Assembly: GCF_009914755.1 (NCBI RefSeq) | Contig: NC_060926.1 | DNA: 64,000 nucleotides | Origin: the human T2T-CHM13v2.0 reference genome, Homo sapiens | Reading direction: 5' to 3' (one strand) | Part shown: positions 15,061 to 30,999 of the stretch, one piece after another | Layout of the letters: every line of letters begins with the position of its first letter | Position numbering within the stretch: the stretch's first letter is position 1 | Position numbers and translations under genes: made by a program | The notes under the pieces: generated by a model | Databases searched by the model: none | Told to the model about the DNA's origin: nothing | The model's input: the letters and a program-made list of their open reading frames with translations, nothing else

Positions 15061-15499
15061 AGCACGAGGGGACCCAGGGGAGAATGTGAGTGTGGGGGTA
15101 GAGCCTCAGAGCTTGGGCTAATTGCTACAGATTAGGCAAAATCATTAAATCCAAAGAGCTTCTATACCGAGACTATGATTCTCACTCCCAAACTGTCTTT
15201 TGAAGAGACGGGTCAGCAGCACTATTTCACACAACTAGCACATAGAATGGTGTATGCACAGCTGACAAATTAGATATAAATAACTGAAAGCAGATGTTTT
15301 TTACTCAAGCATTTTGGAAAAAAACCAAACAAATAAAAATAAAATTTAAATAACAATTACCCAAAATATGTATCATGTAGCCAAAAGTCAGTTACTACAT
15401 CTCTCCATTAAAGCTATGATTTCTCCCCAGTAGAATCCAGGCTGTCCCAAAATGGCAAAGATCACTTTCCAAGCTTGGGTCTCACCTAATTTTCCCACT

Positions 15500-15890
15500 C
15501 ATTCATTCAACAATGAATAGATACTCAGTTTTCAGGCACAGTGCTAGGGATGCAAAATTAGTAAAACAGGGAAATATAGTCCCTACCCTTAAGGGAATCA
15601 CAGGATAGAAGGAAGAGACAAATATCTAAACAAACAAACAAAAAATATAATGAAGTGTTAAATGTGCTTTGACAGCTATTTCTATGGAGTACAGCAAAGC
15701 CACTTAAAGAGTGTCATATTTAACTAGGGGACAGGGATGTTGGAAAGTATGATCTCACCACAGTGCAGACGATTGACCTAGTCATGACATATTCAGAGGT
15801 GTTCACTGGGAGGAGGGGTAGGGACAATAACAAGGAACAACATTTTAGAGAGTGATGAGCAAAAGAACAAGGACACATAGGCTAAAATCA
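15500..15890 (-). mobile_element. L2 3' fragment
   Basis: CATTCATTCAACAA tail; AGGCACAGTGCTAGG; GTCCCTACCCTTAAGG. Confidence 0.65.
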
Positions 15891-16787
15891 TAAGAATTGC
15901 ATTATTTTCCTGAAAATGATGCTAGACTCAACCCATTTAACACATTTTCTTGTAATCCGGAGGAGACCTGGTACAGTGGACTCTTTGCTTTCCATTTATA
16001 CCACGGCTGTCCAGAGAGAGAAACCACCCGGAACACCTGCAGCCCTCTCAACGACGGCCAGAGCAGGCAGTGAAGAGGTGAGCCTCCATGTTGGGGGAAA
16101 CAGGCAAAAACGACAGTCACTTGCAGGAAAGTAACCAAACACTAGCCACAATGATAGGCCTGTAAATGAAACCAGGAGTTTGCGTGAAAACACTGGCATC
16201 CATTCCCATCCCCTTCCTCCCAACAGGGGAAGTGGAAGAAACACCGGAAAACCAACAGGACCTTCCACAGAGGTCAGCATATGGTGGCTACCTAAAAACC
16301 AACAGCCTTGCCACCACCACAGGTGACAGACTGGACTTGGAGCTCCCTGAAAAGTCAATCCACAAAGTATTGCCACTATTTGACCTATCTCAAGCACCTG
16401 AAAAAGCCCCATTTGCAAGATACAAACTTTATTTGACTGGGCTTAGAGATCACCCTGCAGGAAAAGCTCTATCTCCAGGGTGCTTGTTGAAAACATTCAG
16501 CAGTAGTTGTTTGACATCACAGCTGCCTCTAGTAGTCAAGGCATAAGAAGAGCTGCCTGTAAACTTGAAGATTTAGGAAATGAGATGTCCACAGGGGCCT
16601 TTGGAAAGCTCTAAACTTTTTCTGGGAAGACAGAAGACTGCACACGTGCAGGGCTGTGTGAAAGCTCAGGAAAGACCTGGGAGAGCCCCAGTCTCTCATC
16701 CAGAGCAGATTTTAAGCCCTCACAAAAGCAAGAAGTGAAGGCTAGGCAGGTTTGTAAAATGCCAGAACACTAATGAAGGTTTGCCCC

Positions 16788-16788
<1 letters not shown>

Positions 16789-16827
<39 letters not shown>
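16789..16827. repeat. (CA)n microsatellite, ~19 units
   Basis: Direct. Confidence 0.98.
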
Positions 16828-16828
<1 letters not shown>

Positions 16829-18612
16829 CTCCTTGGCAAAGGATGGAAGACTTACTAGTCAAAGGCATATAAGGAAATCTCTGACTAATCACTAGTGGAC
16901 GACTAAGCTAACTGAGCAGAACTTCAGAGACCACACACTATAGGAAATATAGATGTTGCAGAATTCGTCCTAGAAAGTTATTTAAAAAAAGAACTAGCAG
17001 CCAAAACAAATCAGCAACAACAACAAATCTTGGGGAGGCAAGATAATTTTATTTCCAGAGTTGCCACATTATATTATTTTAAATGTCTGATCTTCAACAA
17101 AAAAGTATGACATGTGAAGAAATAAGAAAGTTGGGCCCATATGCACAGGGAGACAGCAGTTAATAAAAACTGTCTCAGAGGAAGCCAGATGTTAGACTTA
17201 CTAGACAAAAACTTTAAGTCAGCTTTTATAAATGTGTCAAAGAACTAAAGGAAACCATGTCTTTAAAAATATCACAACAATGTCTAAGCAAATAGAGACT
17301 ATCAGTAAAGAGACATAAATTATTTAAAAGAACCAGATAAAATACTAGAGTTGAAAAGTATAATAACTGAAATGAAAATTCTACAGCAGGTGCTTAACAC
17401 CAGATCTGAGCTGCCAAAGAAAAAATCAGCAAACTTGAAGACTGGTCAATTGAGATATTCCAGCCAAAAGAAGAGAAAGAAAAAAGCTAAAGGAAAATTA
17501 AGTTTGGAGACTTGTGAGACAACATCAAGTATATTAACATATGTGCAATAGGAGTTCCAGCAAAAGATGTGTAAAAGATACCCCCAAAACTGGAGAAATA
17601 ATGGTTCACAACTTCCAAAATTTGAGGAAAAGAATTCATCTAGAAATCCAAGGAAATCACTGAACTTCAAGGAGCACAATAGAAAGGGTTCTGTAACTGT
17701 AGACAAATCAGAGTCAAAATACTGAAAGCCAAAAACAGTGGGAAATTTTGAAAAACAAGAGAAAAATAGTTCATCACATATAGTGGGACAACAGTACAAT
17801 TAATGGTGGATTTATCATTATAATGGAAATACAAAAGCAGTGGAATGACATATTCAAGGTGCTGACAGAAAAAAAACAAAAACAAAATTGTCCATCTAGA
17901 ATTCTATATCCAGCAAAATTGTCCTTCAAAAATGAAGGCAACTAACAACAAGCAAATGGAAGCTGAAATTTAAAGAGGCAATACCATTTATAAATACTCT
18001 AAAGAAAATAAAATAAGGCCTAAATCTAAGAAAACACTTATGAGATCTATATGCTGAAAATTATAAGAGTCTGATAAATAAAAAGCCCTAATAAATAACA
18101 AAAACCACATTCTTGGTTTGGAAGATTCAACACAGTAAAGGTGTCAATTTTTCAAAATTTATTTATAGGTCTAATTCAGTTCTAGTAAAAATCCCAGTAA
18201 GGTTTTTTTTGTAGATATAGACAGGTTATTCTAAATTTTATATGAAAGGAAAATGTCCCAATAGCCAAAACAACAGAGAAAGAAGAAAAAGGTAGGATGA
18301 ATCACTTTTCCTAATGTTAAGGCTTATTATAGAGCTATGGTAATCAACACAATATAATACTGGCAAGAAGACAGACAAATATGTCAATGAAACAAAACAG
18401 AGACTGGAAATAGACCTATAAAAATATGTTCAATTATTTCTGACAAAGATGCAAAAGCAATTCAATGGCAAAGGGACAGTTTTTTCAACATACAATGATG
18501 GAGATATCAGATATCAAAGGGCAAAAAGAATAGGGAACCACAACCTCACACTTTATATAAAATTAAATCAAAATGAAACATGAACTTTTATGTAAAACTT
18601 AAAACTATAAAG

Positions 18613-18702
18613 GTTTTTCTAATATTTTCTAATTTTTCTAATATTTCTAATTTTCTAATATTTCTAAAATTTTCTAATATTTTCTAATATTCTAATATTT
18701 TC
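18613..18702. repeat. Degenerate (TTTTCTAATA)n, ~9 copies
   Basis: Direct. Confidence 0.85.
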
Positions 18703-18811
18703 ACAACATAAGTGAAAATATTAAGGATCTACAGTGAGGCCAAGAATTCTTAGACTTGAGAACAAAAGAATGCTCAGTAAAAGATTGATAAATTGAACCT
18801 TATCAAAATTA

Positions 18812-19120
<309 letters not shown>

Positions 19121-19507
19121 ACACATTTTCTCTGTAAAAGACTTTAAAAATGAAAAGACAAATTACAAACTGGGAGAAAGCATTTGCAAACTACATATCA
19201 GACAAAAGGCATACCTAGAATACGTAAGAAATGATCAAAACTCAACATTAAAAATTAATCTAATTAGAAGATGAGCAAAAAAACATTAACATAGACACAC
19301 ACACACAGACACACAGACACACAAGTGAGTGCATGTACTAAAGGTCTTCAAAAAGCTCATGGAAGATTATGAAAAAAACTATGGATGGATTTCAATGTTT
19401 TTTGCACCAAAATGTACTAACTTGTTATAACATGTCTAAACAAGATGTAGTTTGAAGCACTAAAAAGGATAAGACATCAATTTGAAAAGAGCCCCTATCA
19501 GAGCAAC

Positions 19508-20854
19508 ATGAATTCTGCTAAAATAGAAGCAAGAACAAACATCAAATTTATGGTAAAGCCTAGGTGGAAGAATGGTGAAATCATTAATGCTTTACAAATA
19601 GTTTATGTGGACAATGTTCCAAAAATATCAGCGGTTTATAAGTGGATAGCTCATTTTGAAAAGGGGTGAGATAATGTTGAAGACGAAACCCATAGCAGCA
19701 GACCATCCACATCAATTTGCAAAGAAGTAGTTAATCTTGTTTGTGCCCTAACTGAAAAGGACAGAAAATTAACAGCAGAAACAATAACCAACACCATAGA
19801 CATCTCAATCAGTTCAGCTTATATAATTCTAACTGAAAAATTAAAGTTGAGCAACCTTTCCACTTGATCTGTGCCAGATCAGCTGCAAACAAGAGCAGAG
19901 CTTTTTTTTTTTTTTTTTTTTTTTGAGATGGAATCTGGCTCTGTCACCCAAGCTATAGTGCAGTGGCGCAATCTCGGCTCACTGCAACCTCCACTTCCTG
20001 TGTTCAAGTGATTCTCCTGCCTCAGCCACCTGAGTAGCTGGGATTACAGGTGCCCGCTGCCATGCCCAGCTAATTCTTGTATTTTTAGTAGAGATGGGGT
20101 TTCACCATGTTGGCCAGACTGGTCTCAAACTCCTGACATCAGGTGATCTGCCTGCCTTGGCCTCCCCAAGTGTTGGAATTACAGGCGTGAGCCACCATGC
20201 CCAGCCTAAGAGCAGAGCTTTCAGTGGAAATTTTAAACAAGTGGGATCAAGATCCTGAAGCATTTCTTTGAAGAATTGTAAAAAGAGATGAGACGTGGCT
20301 TTACCAGTATGATTCGGGAGGTAAAGCAATGGCTACCAAGAGATGGAAGTGGTCAAGTCAAAGCAAAAGTGGACTGGTCAAGAGCAAAGATCATGGCAAC
20401 AGTTTTTTGAGATGCTCAACGTATTTTGCTTACTGACTTTCTGGAGGGCCAAAGAATGACAACATCTGCTTATTATGAGAGCATTTTGAGAAAGTTAGCC
20501 AAAGCTTTAGCAGAAAAATACCTGGGGAAGCTTCACCAGAGAGCCCTTCTTCACCATGGCAATTCTCCTGGCTCATTCTTCTCATCAAACAAAGACAATT
20601 TTGCAAGAGTTCCAATGGGAGATCTTTAGGCATCCACTTTTGAGTACTGATTTGCCTCCTCCTGACTTCTTTTTGTTTCAAAATCTTTAAAAGTTTTTAA
20701 AGGGAACCCATTTGCATCAGTAAATAATGTAAAGAAGACTGCATTGATATGGTTACATTTCCAAAACCCCCAGTTCTTTAGGGATAGACTAAGTGGCTGG
20801 TATCATCACTTAAAAAAGTGTCTTGAACTTGATGGAGCTCATGTTGAGAAATAA
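19508..20854 (+). pseudogene. HSMAR2 transposase pseudogene
   Basis: ATG at 19508, TGA after 53 codons (19667); DETWLYQYD retained; second catalytic motif reads HHGN; STDLPPPDF resembles YSPDLAPSD. Confidence 0.85.
19905..20206 (-). mobile_element. AluS inside HSMAR2
   Basis: Antisense dimer; TSD AAGAGCAGAGCTTT (19891-19904 and 20208-20221). Confidence 0.96.
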
Positions 20855-21578
20855 AGCTTACACTTTTTATTTCTATTTTTTAATTCCATTTTTCCGCAAA
20901 CCCTTTGAAGCCCTTTTGTATAACTGGTAAAATCTGTATGAGTTCTGTGGATTGTACCAATGTCAATTACCTGGTTTTGATATTGTACTATAGTTATATA
21001 AGATGTTAACATTGGAGGAGACTGGGCCAAAGTACACAAGACTTCCCTGTATATCTTTTTTGCAAATTCTTATGAATTTACAAATATTTCAAAATAAAAT
21101 GGTTTTTAAAATGAAGGCAAAACAAGGACATCCTCAGCCAAATGAAGACTAAAAGAATTTGTAGTTAGCATACTTGCTTTACAAGAAATACCAAGGGAAG
21201 CTTAAGGAAAATGACTCCATATGGTAACATGAATGCACAGCAAGAGATAAAGAGTACTGGAAATAGTAATCATGTGGGCAAAAATAAAAGACTGTATGAA
21301 CATATATTTTTCTCTTTTCTTCTTTTAATTTCTTTAAATGGCATAAGGTTATATAAGCACAATATTTTGGGGTTTGTAACAGATATAGGTATAATATATA
21401 AGACAATTATACAATGAAAAAAGAAACAAATGGAACTATTTGAGGCAGTTTCTATATTTTTCTCAGATTATGTTAGTATTAATGCAAAGTAGATTATGAT
21501 ACACTAAAATGCACATTATAATCCCTAGAGCAATCACAAGAAACACTCAATAAGTGGAGTTTAAAAATCAGAGGAATT

Positions 21579-21866
<288 letters not shown>

Positions 21867-22079
21867 TCAGAGGAATTAAAATGGTATACTAGAAAATATT
21901 TGATTAATATACAAAGCAATACAGAATAAACGGGAACAACAAAAAAAATGAGACATAGAAAACAAATAGCAAATGATAAATGTGAAACCAATCATATCAA
22001 TAATTACAATAAATGTAAATAAACTAAGGACCACAATCAAAAGAAGAGATGGTCAGACTGGATTTAAAAAGCAGGCCTC

Positions 22080-22384
22080 AGCCAGGCACAGTGGCCCACA
22101 CTATGATCCCAGCACTTTGGGAGGCCAAGGTGGGAGGGGGGCTTGAGCCTAGGAGTTCAAGATCAGCCTGGGCAATATAGTAAGACCCCATCTCTACCAA
22201 AAAATTTTTTTTCATTAGCCAGGCATAGTGGCATGCATCTGTGGTCCTAGCTGCTTAGAAGGCTGATGTGGGAGGATCACTTGAGCCCAGGAAGTTGAGG
22301 CTGCAGTGAGCCATGATCACATCACTACAGTCCAGCCTGGGTAACAGAGTGAGACCCTGACTCAGAAAAAATAATGAAAAAAAA
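22080..22384 (+). mobile_element. AluJ
   Basis: J-type GCTTGAGCCTAGGAGTTCAAG and GAGGCTGCAGTGAGCCATGATC. Confidence 0.9.
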
Positions 22385-24503
22385 GGCAAGCTCCAACTAG
22401 ATGCTATCTACCAGAGACACACTTGCAATTCAAATGTACAATTAGGTTTCATGTAAAAGGATGGAAAAAGATTTACCATGCAAGCAGTAACCATAAGAGA
22501 CCTATAGTGACTATCTTAATATCAGACAAAATAGACTTTAAGATGAGGACTATTACTAGAGGTAAAGAGGGATATTTCATAATTCAAAAGGGTCAATACA
22601 TAAGGAAGATATAATAAATACATATGCATCTAACAAAAGATCTCCAAAACACATGTAGTCAAAACTAACAGAATTAAAAAGAAAAATAGATAATTCAACA
22701 ATAATACTTAGAAACTATGATTTCCTTTCTCAATAATTAATAGAATGAGAATCAGTAAAGATATAAAAAATTGAATAACATTATCAACAATCATGACCTA
22801 ATATTTAAAGAACACTCCATCTAACAAGAGCAAGATTATTTTCAGATGCATATGGAACATTCTCCAGAACAGACCACAAAACAAGTCTCAATAAATTTAA
22901 AATACTTAATTCAAAGTCTCTTCTAACTACAAAAAAATCCAATTAGAAAGCAACAACAGAAAGACACTTGGGAAATCACCAAATATTTAGAAATTAAACA
23001 ACACATTTCTAAATAACTCACAGATTGAAGAAGAAAATCACAATCAAGTTGAATGAAAACAAAAACACAACATAACAAAATGTATAGGGTGCTACTACAG
23101 CATGCTTAGAGGGAAATCTATAGCATTCAATGCTTACATTAGAAAAGAAAAAAAGACAAAGCTTCTATCACTAAAGGAAAGCACATTAAACCCAAAGTAA
23201 ACAGGATGGAATAGTAAGTGAAATTGAAATTAAGAAAAAATAGAAAGCAGAGAATCAATTTTTAAAAAATCAATAAACCTAAGAGTTGGTTATTTTAAAA
23301 TTAACAAAACAGACTTTTAACTATGATGATAACAGCCCTACATATGCAAAAAACTGAATTTGTAATGAAAAATTTATCCATAAAGAAAAATCTGAGCCCA
23401 GATGGCTCAACTGATTAGATCTATCAAACATTTAAAGAAGAAATAACACTAATAGTAGTCAATTTCTTTCAAAAAGTAGAAGACGAAGGAGCACTTTCCA
23501 ACTAATTTTATGAGGCCAGTATTACCGTAATACCAAAGCTAGACGGACATCACAAGAAAGGTGAAACCAATGTCCTTTATGAATGTAGATCCAATATTCC
23601 TTAATGAAACATTAGCAAATCAAATCTAGCAACATATAAACAGGATTATACACGACGAGTAAAAGAGATTTAGCACAGTAATGCAAGGTTGGTTTAACAT
23701 CCAAAATTCAATGTAATATGCCTCTACATTAATAGAATAAGAATAAGAGCCAAATGGTCTCATCAGTAGATGCAGAAAGAGTATTTGACAATACCAATTC
23801 ATGGGGAAAAAAAGAAACACACACTTTGTAAAGAGCATCTATGAGAAACCTACAGCTAAATAATACCTAACAGTTAAAAACTAGTTTCCCCCAAAGCAGA
23901 TACTAAGCAAGGATAAATGCTCTTGCCACACCTATTCAACACTGCACTAGAGGTTCTAGCCAATGTAATATGGTAAGCAAAAGCAATTAAAGGCACCCAG
24001 ATTGAAAAGGGAGAAAAACTATCTTTACAGATATCATGATCCTAAGGAATCTACAAAAAACTACTGAAGTAAAAAACAAGTTTAGTAGGGTTGCAGGACA
24101 CAAGATCAATATACAAATATTAATTGTATTTCTATATACCAGCAATGTACAATCCAAAAATGAAATTAACAATCCCATGCACTATGGCTTCAAAAAGAAT
24201 AAAACACTTAGAAGCAAAATTAATAAAGTGTAAGACTCGTACACTAGAAACTATAAATATTACTGAAAATAAAGATCTAAATAGAAGAGAAATTCTTTAC
24301 ATCCAGTAACATGGCAATAATCCCCAAACTGATCTATAGATGTAATACATACACTATTAAATCCCAGCAGGTTTACTTATTTATTTATTTTTATAGAAAC
24401 TGACAGGCTGATCCTAAAACTTATATGGAAATGCAAAGTATCCAAAATAGCCAAAAACAATTGTTAGAAAGAAAAACAAAGTTGGAGGATCTAAACTATC
24501 TAA

Positions 24504-24806
<303 letters not shown>

Positions 24807-25858
24807 ACACTACCTAATTTCAACACTATAAAACTACAGGAATCAAAAAGTGGCACGGTTGTAAAGACAGAAATATGTATAAATGAAATATAGTTGAGAG
24901 TGCAGGGAGGAAAAATCTTTCATTTATGGTGAATTAATTTTTAATAAAGTTGAATGCAATTCAATACAGAGGAAGCTTGGTCTTTTCAATATATGGTGCT
25001 GGGACAACTGAATACCCATATACAAAGAAAGAAAATTGAACTTAAACCGTTACCTCATATAATATACAAGAACTGAGAAAAATGAGTAACAGCACTAAAT
25101 GTAAGAGCTAAAACTACAAAACTCATAAAGGAAAACATAGGAGAAAATCATCATGACCTTGGATTAAGGGCCAAGATTTCCTAGACGCAACACCAAAAAC
25201 ACAATTCCCAAAGGAAAAAGTTGATAACCGAATATAGTCAAAATAAAATTTTCTGTGCTTCAAAAAATATCTTTAAGAAAATGAAAAGACAAGCTACTTA
25301 CTGTGAAAAAATAATTGCAAATCATATTTCTGATAAACTACTTGCATCCAGAATATATATCCCTCGTATCATTCAATAAAAGGAGTAAAACAGCTCAATT
25401 TTAAAAACAGGCTAATGATTTGAGCATATATTTCACCAAAGAAGAAAACACACATGGCTAATAAGCACATGAAGAGATGCTTAATAATATTAGTCATTAG
25501 GGCAATACAAATGAAAACAAGATACTACTACAATACTCATTAGCATGGCTATAATCAAAAGACAGACAATAACAAATGTTAGCACATGGTATGGAAAAAC
25601 TGGAATGCTTATACGATGCTGATGGGAGTGTAAAATGGTACAGCCACTTTGGAAACCAGTTTGACAGTTTCTAAAAAGGTTAAATGTAAGACTTACCCTT
25701 TAACCCAGAAATTCCACTACTAAGTATTTATCCAAGAGAAATGAAACTATACATCCATGCAAAGCCTTGTATGCAAATATTCATAGCAGCATCACTCATA
25801 ACACCCCAAAGCTGGAAGCAATCCAAAGTCTATCAACTAAATAAATAAACCCAATGTG

Positions 25859-26205
<347 letters not shown>

Positions 26206-26835
26206 CTATTCAATAATTAAAAAGAACAAGCTACTGATACTTTCCACAACATGAATGAAATTTATTATGCTCATTGAAATTTCATTATGCTAATTGAAAA
26301 AAGCAAAACACAAAAGACTGTGTATTGCGTGGTTCGATTTATATGAAATTTCCATAAAAGGCAAACTCTACAGAAACCGAAAGCAGATCTGTGGTTACTC
26401 GAAGTTGAGAATAGAGACTGAACACAAGTGGACATCCGGGAGATTTTGGGGGTGATGAAATGTTTTACAATGGAATAATGGTGATACACAAGTTTATAAA
26501 TTCTACAACTGGCAAATTTATAATATATAAATTATACTTTAAAAAATCATAGCTCGAATAAATTCAGCAAATATGTTTGCTGCCCATCTCTCCATTGCCT
26601 CCACGGCAGGGGGTCAGTGGCTTCACTTCTGTACAGGAAGAATGCTAATTTGCTGTAATGAAATATGCCAAGAATTTTTGTTAAGTTCCAGCAAAGGCCG
26701 TGTCTTTGCATCACTAACATATTGCGGTGAAACTGAGTGATACTGAAGCATTTGGCTTCAGTGTGCATAAGACAACAAGAGGTCTGGTTATTCTCCACTG
26801 GGCAAGTGATACTGGCTTCTCCTAATTCCACTTAC

Positions 26836-26985
26836 TTAAGAAAATTACAAATGCAGCACAGACAGGTCTATGTAAATTAAAGTGTCTGCTGATTTCAATT
26901 AAGTCAAGTTGTTTTCTCAAATCCTGAGCAACTACCAGCCGCCTGCTTGCTAAATGGTCATTGTGGATATTTTCATTGAATTCAC
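26836..26985 (-). other. Candidate 150-nt internal exon (unverified)
   Basis: On minus: ATTTTATTTAATATTAGCTAG|GTGAATTC...TTCTTAA|GTAAGTG; one frame open end to end. Confidence 0.3.
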
Positions 26986-27016
26986 CTAGCTAATATTAAA
27001 TAAAATCTCCACTTCT

Positions 27017-27240
<224 letters not shown>

Positions 27241-27736
27241 TAGCAGGAAAAAAGAGGAGGGCAAAAGCAGAAAGTGTCAAAAACACACAAGTAAGCAAAC
27301 AATATTCTCTCATCTCTGACCCAAGCACCATCATTTTCCTAAGGATTTTCAGTGGACAGCACCAAGTCTTCCCTCCCATGCTATTTTCTATCTCTCCCTT
27401 CTAAAGGTTTCTGATGGTGGTGAAAATAGAGGGGAGAAAAAAGGGAAAAGGAACAGAAACATCATTTTCTCATCAACACTGGCTTTGTATATATGTGGGG
27501 ATTTTTCTTGCATAACAATGCAGACCTCAGACAAATTCTGATGGCAGCCACTCACCCGAGTCTACATACCCAATCTTATACTTGAGTTAGTCTTAAGACT
27601 TCCATTTATACTTTTTCGAGCAGCACTCACACCCAAGTACTAGATTCTATTAAGAATGCTAGAATATTAGACACGGGAAAAACCAGAAAGTTCACAATGT
27701 CCAAACCACCCTACTTTACTAAAAGGGATATAAGTT

Positions 27737-28077
<341 letters not shown>

Positions 28078-28544
28078 TCAGTTAGCAACAACCTAATAGT
28101 AAGAATTCTAGCCTCTGACCCCGAATTTAGTACTCTTTGCATTACTCCACACTATACTTTTACAACAAAGAGAAAACCATTTAAGAAGACCATGTAAGAT
28201 CATTGATGAGTAAGATGACTACTTGTTCTCACCAGTGAAGCCACAGAAACCTTCCGCCCCAGAACTGGAGTTTCTTAATCACTATCCAGACGTTAAAATA
28301 AGGAAGTCACTGGTTGAAGATGGCAGGCAATCCCTGGTCTATAATAATTTTCATGAATGCTCAGACCTCCCAGGCATCACCAGCCCCTGCTCTATAATCT
28401 GGGCCAGCACATAAAGGCAGGTCTAGAAATAAATATCTGTGTTCTGCTAATATGAAGGAATGCTCATTGCTGAAAACTGTGATCAGGTAGTAAAGTTACA
28501 TAGAAAGAAGCATCAAACGCACATAGAAATTTCTCATCTTTCAC

Positions 28545-28870
28545 GAGATCATGTCCTTTGCAGGGACGTGGATGGAACAGGAGGCCATTATCCTTAGCAA
28601 ACTAACAAAGGGACAGAAAACCAGATACCGCATGTTCTTATAAGTGGGAGCTAAAGGATGAGAACACGTGGACACGAAGAGGGGAACGACACACACTGGG
28701 ATCTATGGAGGGTGGGAGGAGGGAGAGGATCAAGAAAAATAACTAATGAGTACTAGGCTTAATACCTGGGTGATGAAATATTCTGTACAACAAACCCCCA
28801 TGACATAGTTTACCTATGGAACAAACCTGCACATGTACCCCTGAACTTAAAATAAAAATTTTAAAAATTT
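28545..28870 (+). mobile_element. L1PA 3' end (older subfamily)
   Basis: GAGATCATGTCCTTTGCAGGGAC...AAACCTGCACATGTACCCCTGAACTTAAAATAAAA. Confidence 0.9.
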
Positions 28871-28877
28871 AAAAACA

Positions 28878-29195
28878 GCTAGGTGGAGTGGCTCACGCCT
28901 GTAATCCCAGCACTTTGGGAGGCTGAGGTGGGCAGATCACTTGAGGCCAGGAGTTCAAGACCAGCCTAGGGAACATGGCGAAACCCCGTCTGTACTAAAA
29001 ATACAAAAATTAGCCAGGCATGGTGGCATGAGCCTATAATCCTAGCTACTCAGGAGGCTGAGGCAGGAGAATTACTTGAACCCAAGGAGGCGGAGGTTGC
29101 TGGGGGCCGAGATCTCACCATTGCACTCCAGCCTGGGTGACAGAGTGAGACTCTGTCTCAAAAAATAAAAATAAAAAATTTAAAAATAATAAAAA
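28878..29195 (+). mobile_element. AluS inserted in the L1 tail
   Basis: Dimer with A-rich tail. Confidence 0.92.
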
Positions 29196-29746
29196 TTTAT
29201 CTTCAAAATGTCCACAATGAACCCTTTTTATACTACCTGTAGTTACTTAGTGTATGTATGCTGAATGCCTAGTATATTACATTTTAACAAATTAACTCTT
29301 TGAACTTATTTACTTAATTGATGCAAATATTGCTGTGCATATGCTGTATATGTGGGTACATGCTTATCTGAGTTACAGAGAAAGGGAGAGAGAAAGAGAG
29401 AATGTACATACTGCACAGAAAATAGAGAAAGAAAAAGTTTGTGTCCACTACCATTAATTATAATAAAAGGTTTAATAACTAATGCCTCTCAAAAAAAAGA
29501 AATTTCTCCTCTTTCTTTTAAAACAAAAAGCACTGCTCTGTTCTAAGAAGTCAATACACATGGATTGCCAAAGTAAACTAAACAAAAGAGTATGTCCCCT
29601 AACCCCACCACCTAGTCAGCCACTGGCCTTTTTTCTGCCTAGAACTACATGGAGCCATTTCATAATGGAACCGTGATGCACACACATATGTATTGCTTTC
29701 CATCAGGGAGAGGAGCGGATTTGTGAAAACAAGTCATACGCAGTTC

Positions 29747-29778
29747 TGAGTCAGAGTCCGGAAGCACAATAGGCAAAC
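29747..29778. promoter_or_regulatory. Putative enhancer motif cluster (AP-1, ETS, SOX/FOX-like)
   Basis: TGAGTCA 29747-29753, CCGGAAG 29758-29764, then CACAAT and GCAAACA, in non-repeat DNA. Confidence 0.3.
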
Positions 29779-30169
29779 AGGCATTTGGGGATATCAGGAG
29801 GCTGGAAGCAGAGATACCTGTGATTCTGACTTCCTTCTTTTCCTTTATATGAGATGTGGCCTTGATGATTCTGAGTTTAGCTCAAAACCCAAATAGGTCC
29901 TGACTGGCTGAAAATATCACCTATTGAAAAGATACAGCATTGCCTATGTTATTCCTGAATAGTGACATAAAAGGTACAAAAGGGACTACGACACAGGACA
30001 AAATTAAGCCTAAGCGTTTACAATCTGGCAAATCTGTCCTTTTGGCAGACAGGGTCAACAGCTTATCAGAGAGTCAGCTGTAGGGGCAGCTCCTCACCCC
30101 ACCAACCGTCCCACTGTGATACCCTGTCTCCCCAACCCGCTTACAGCGTGTAAGCTAGCCCCAGAGTCC

Positions 30170-30960
<791 letters not shown>

Positions 30961-30999
30961 AAGTATTCATAAAACATTCTTCAGAAACATGAATTTTAA

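Larger units (their letters stand above)
19338..20918 (+). mobile_element. Full-length HSMAR2 mariner transposon, inactive, interrupted by an Alu
   Basis: TA flanks (19336-37, 20919-20); degenerate TIRs CTAAAGGTCTTCAAAAAGCTCATGGAA / TTCCGCAAACCCTTTGAAGCCCTTTTG; transposase start MNSAKIEARTNIKFMVK. Confidence 0.92.
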
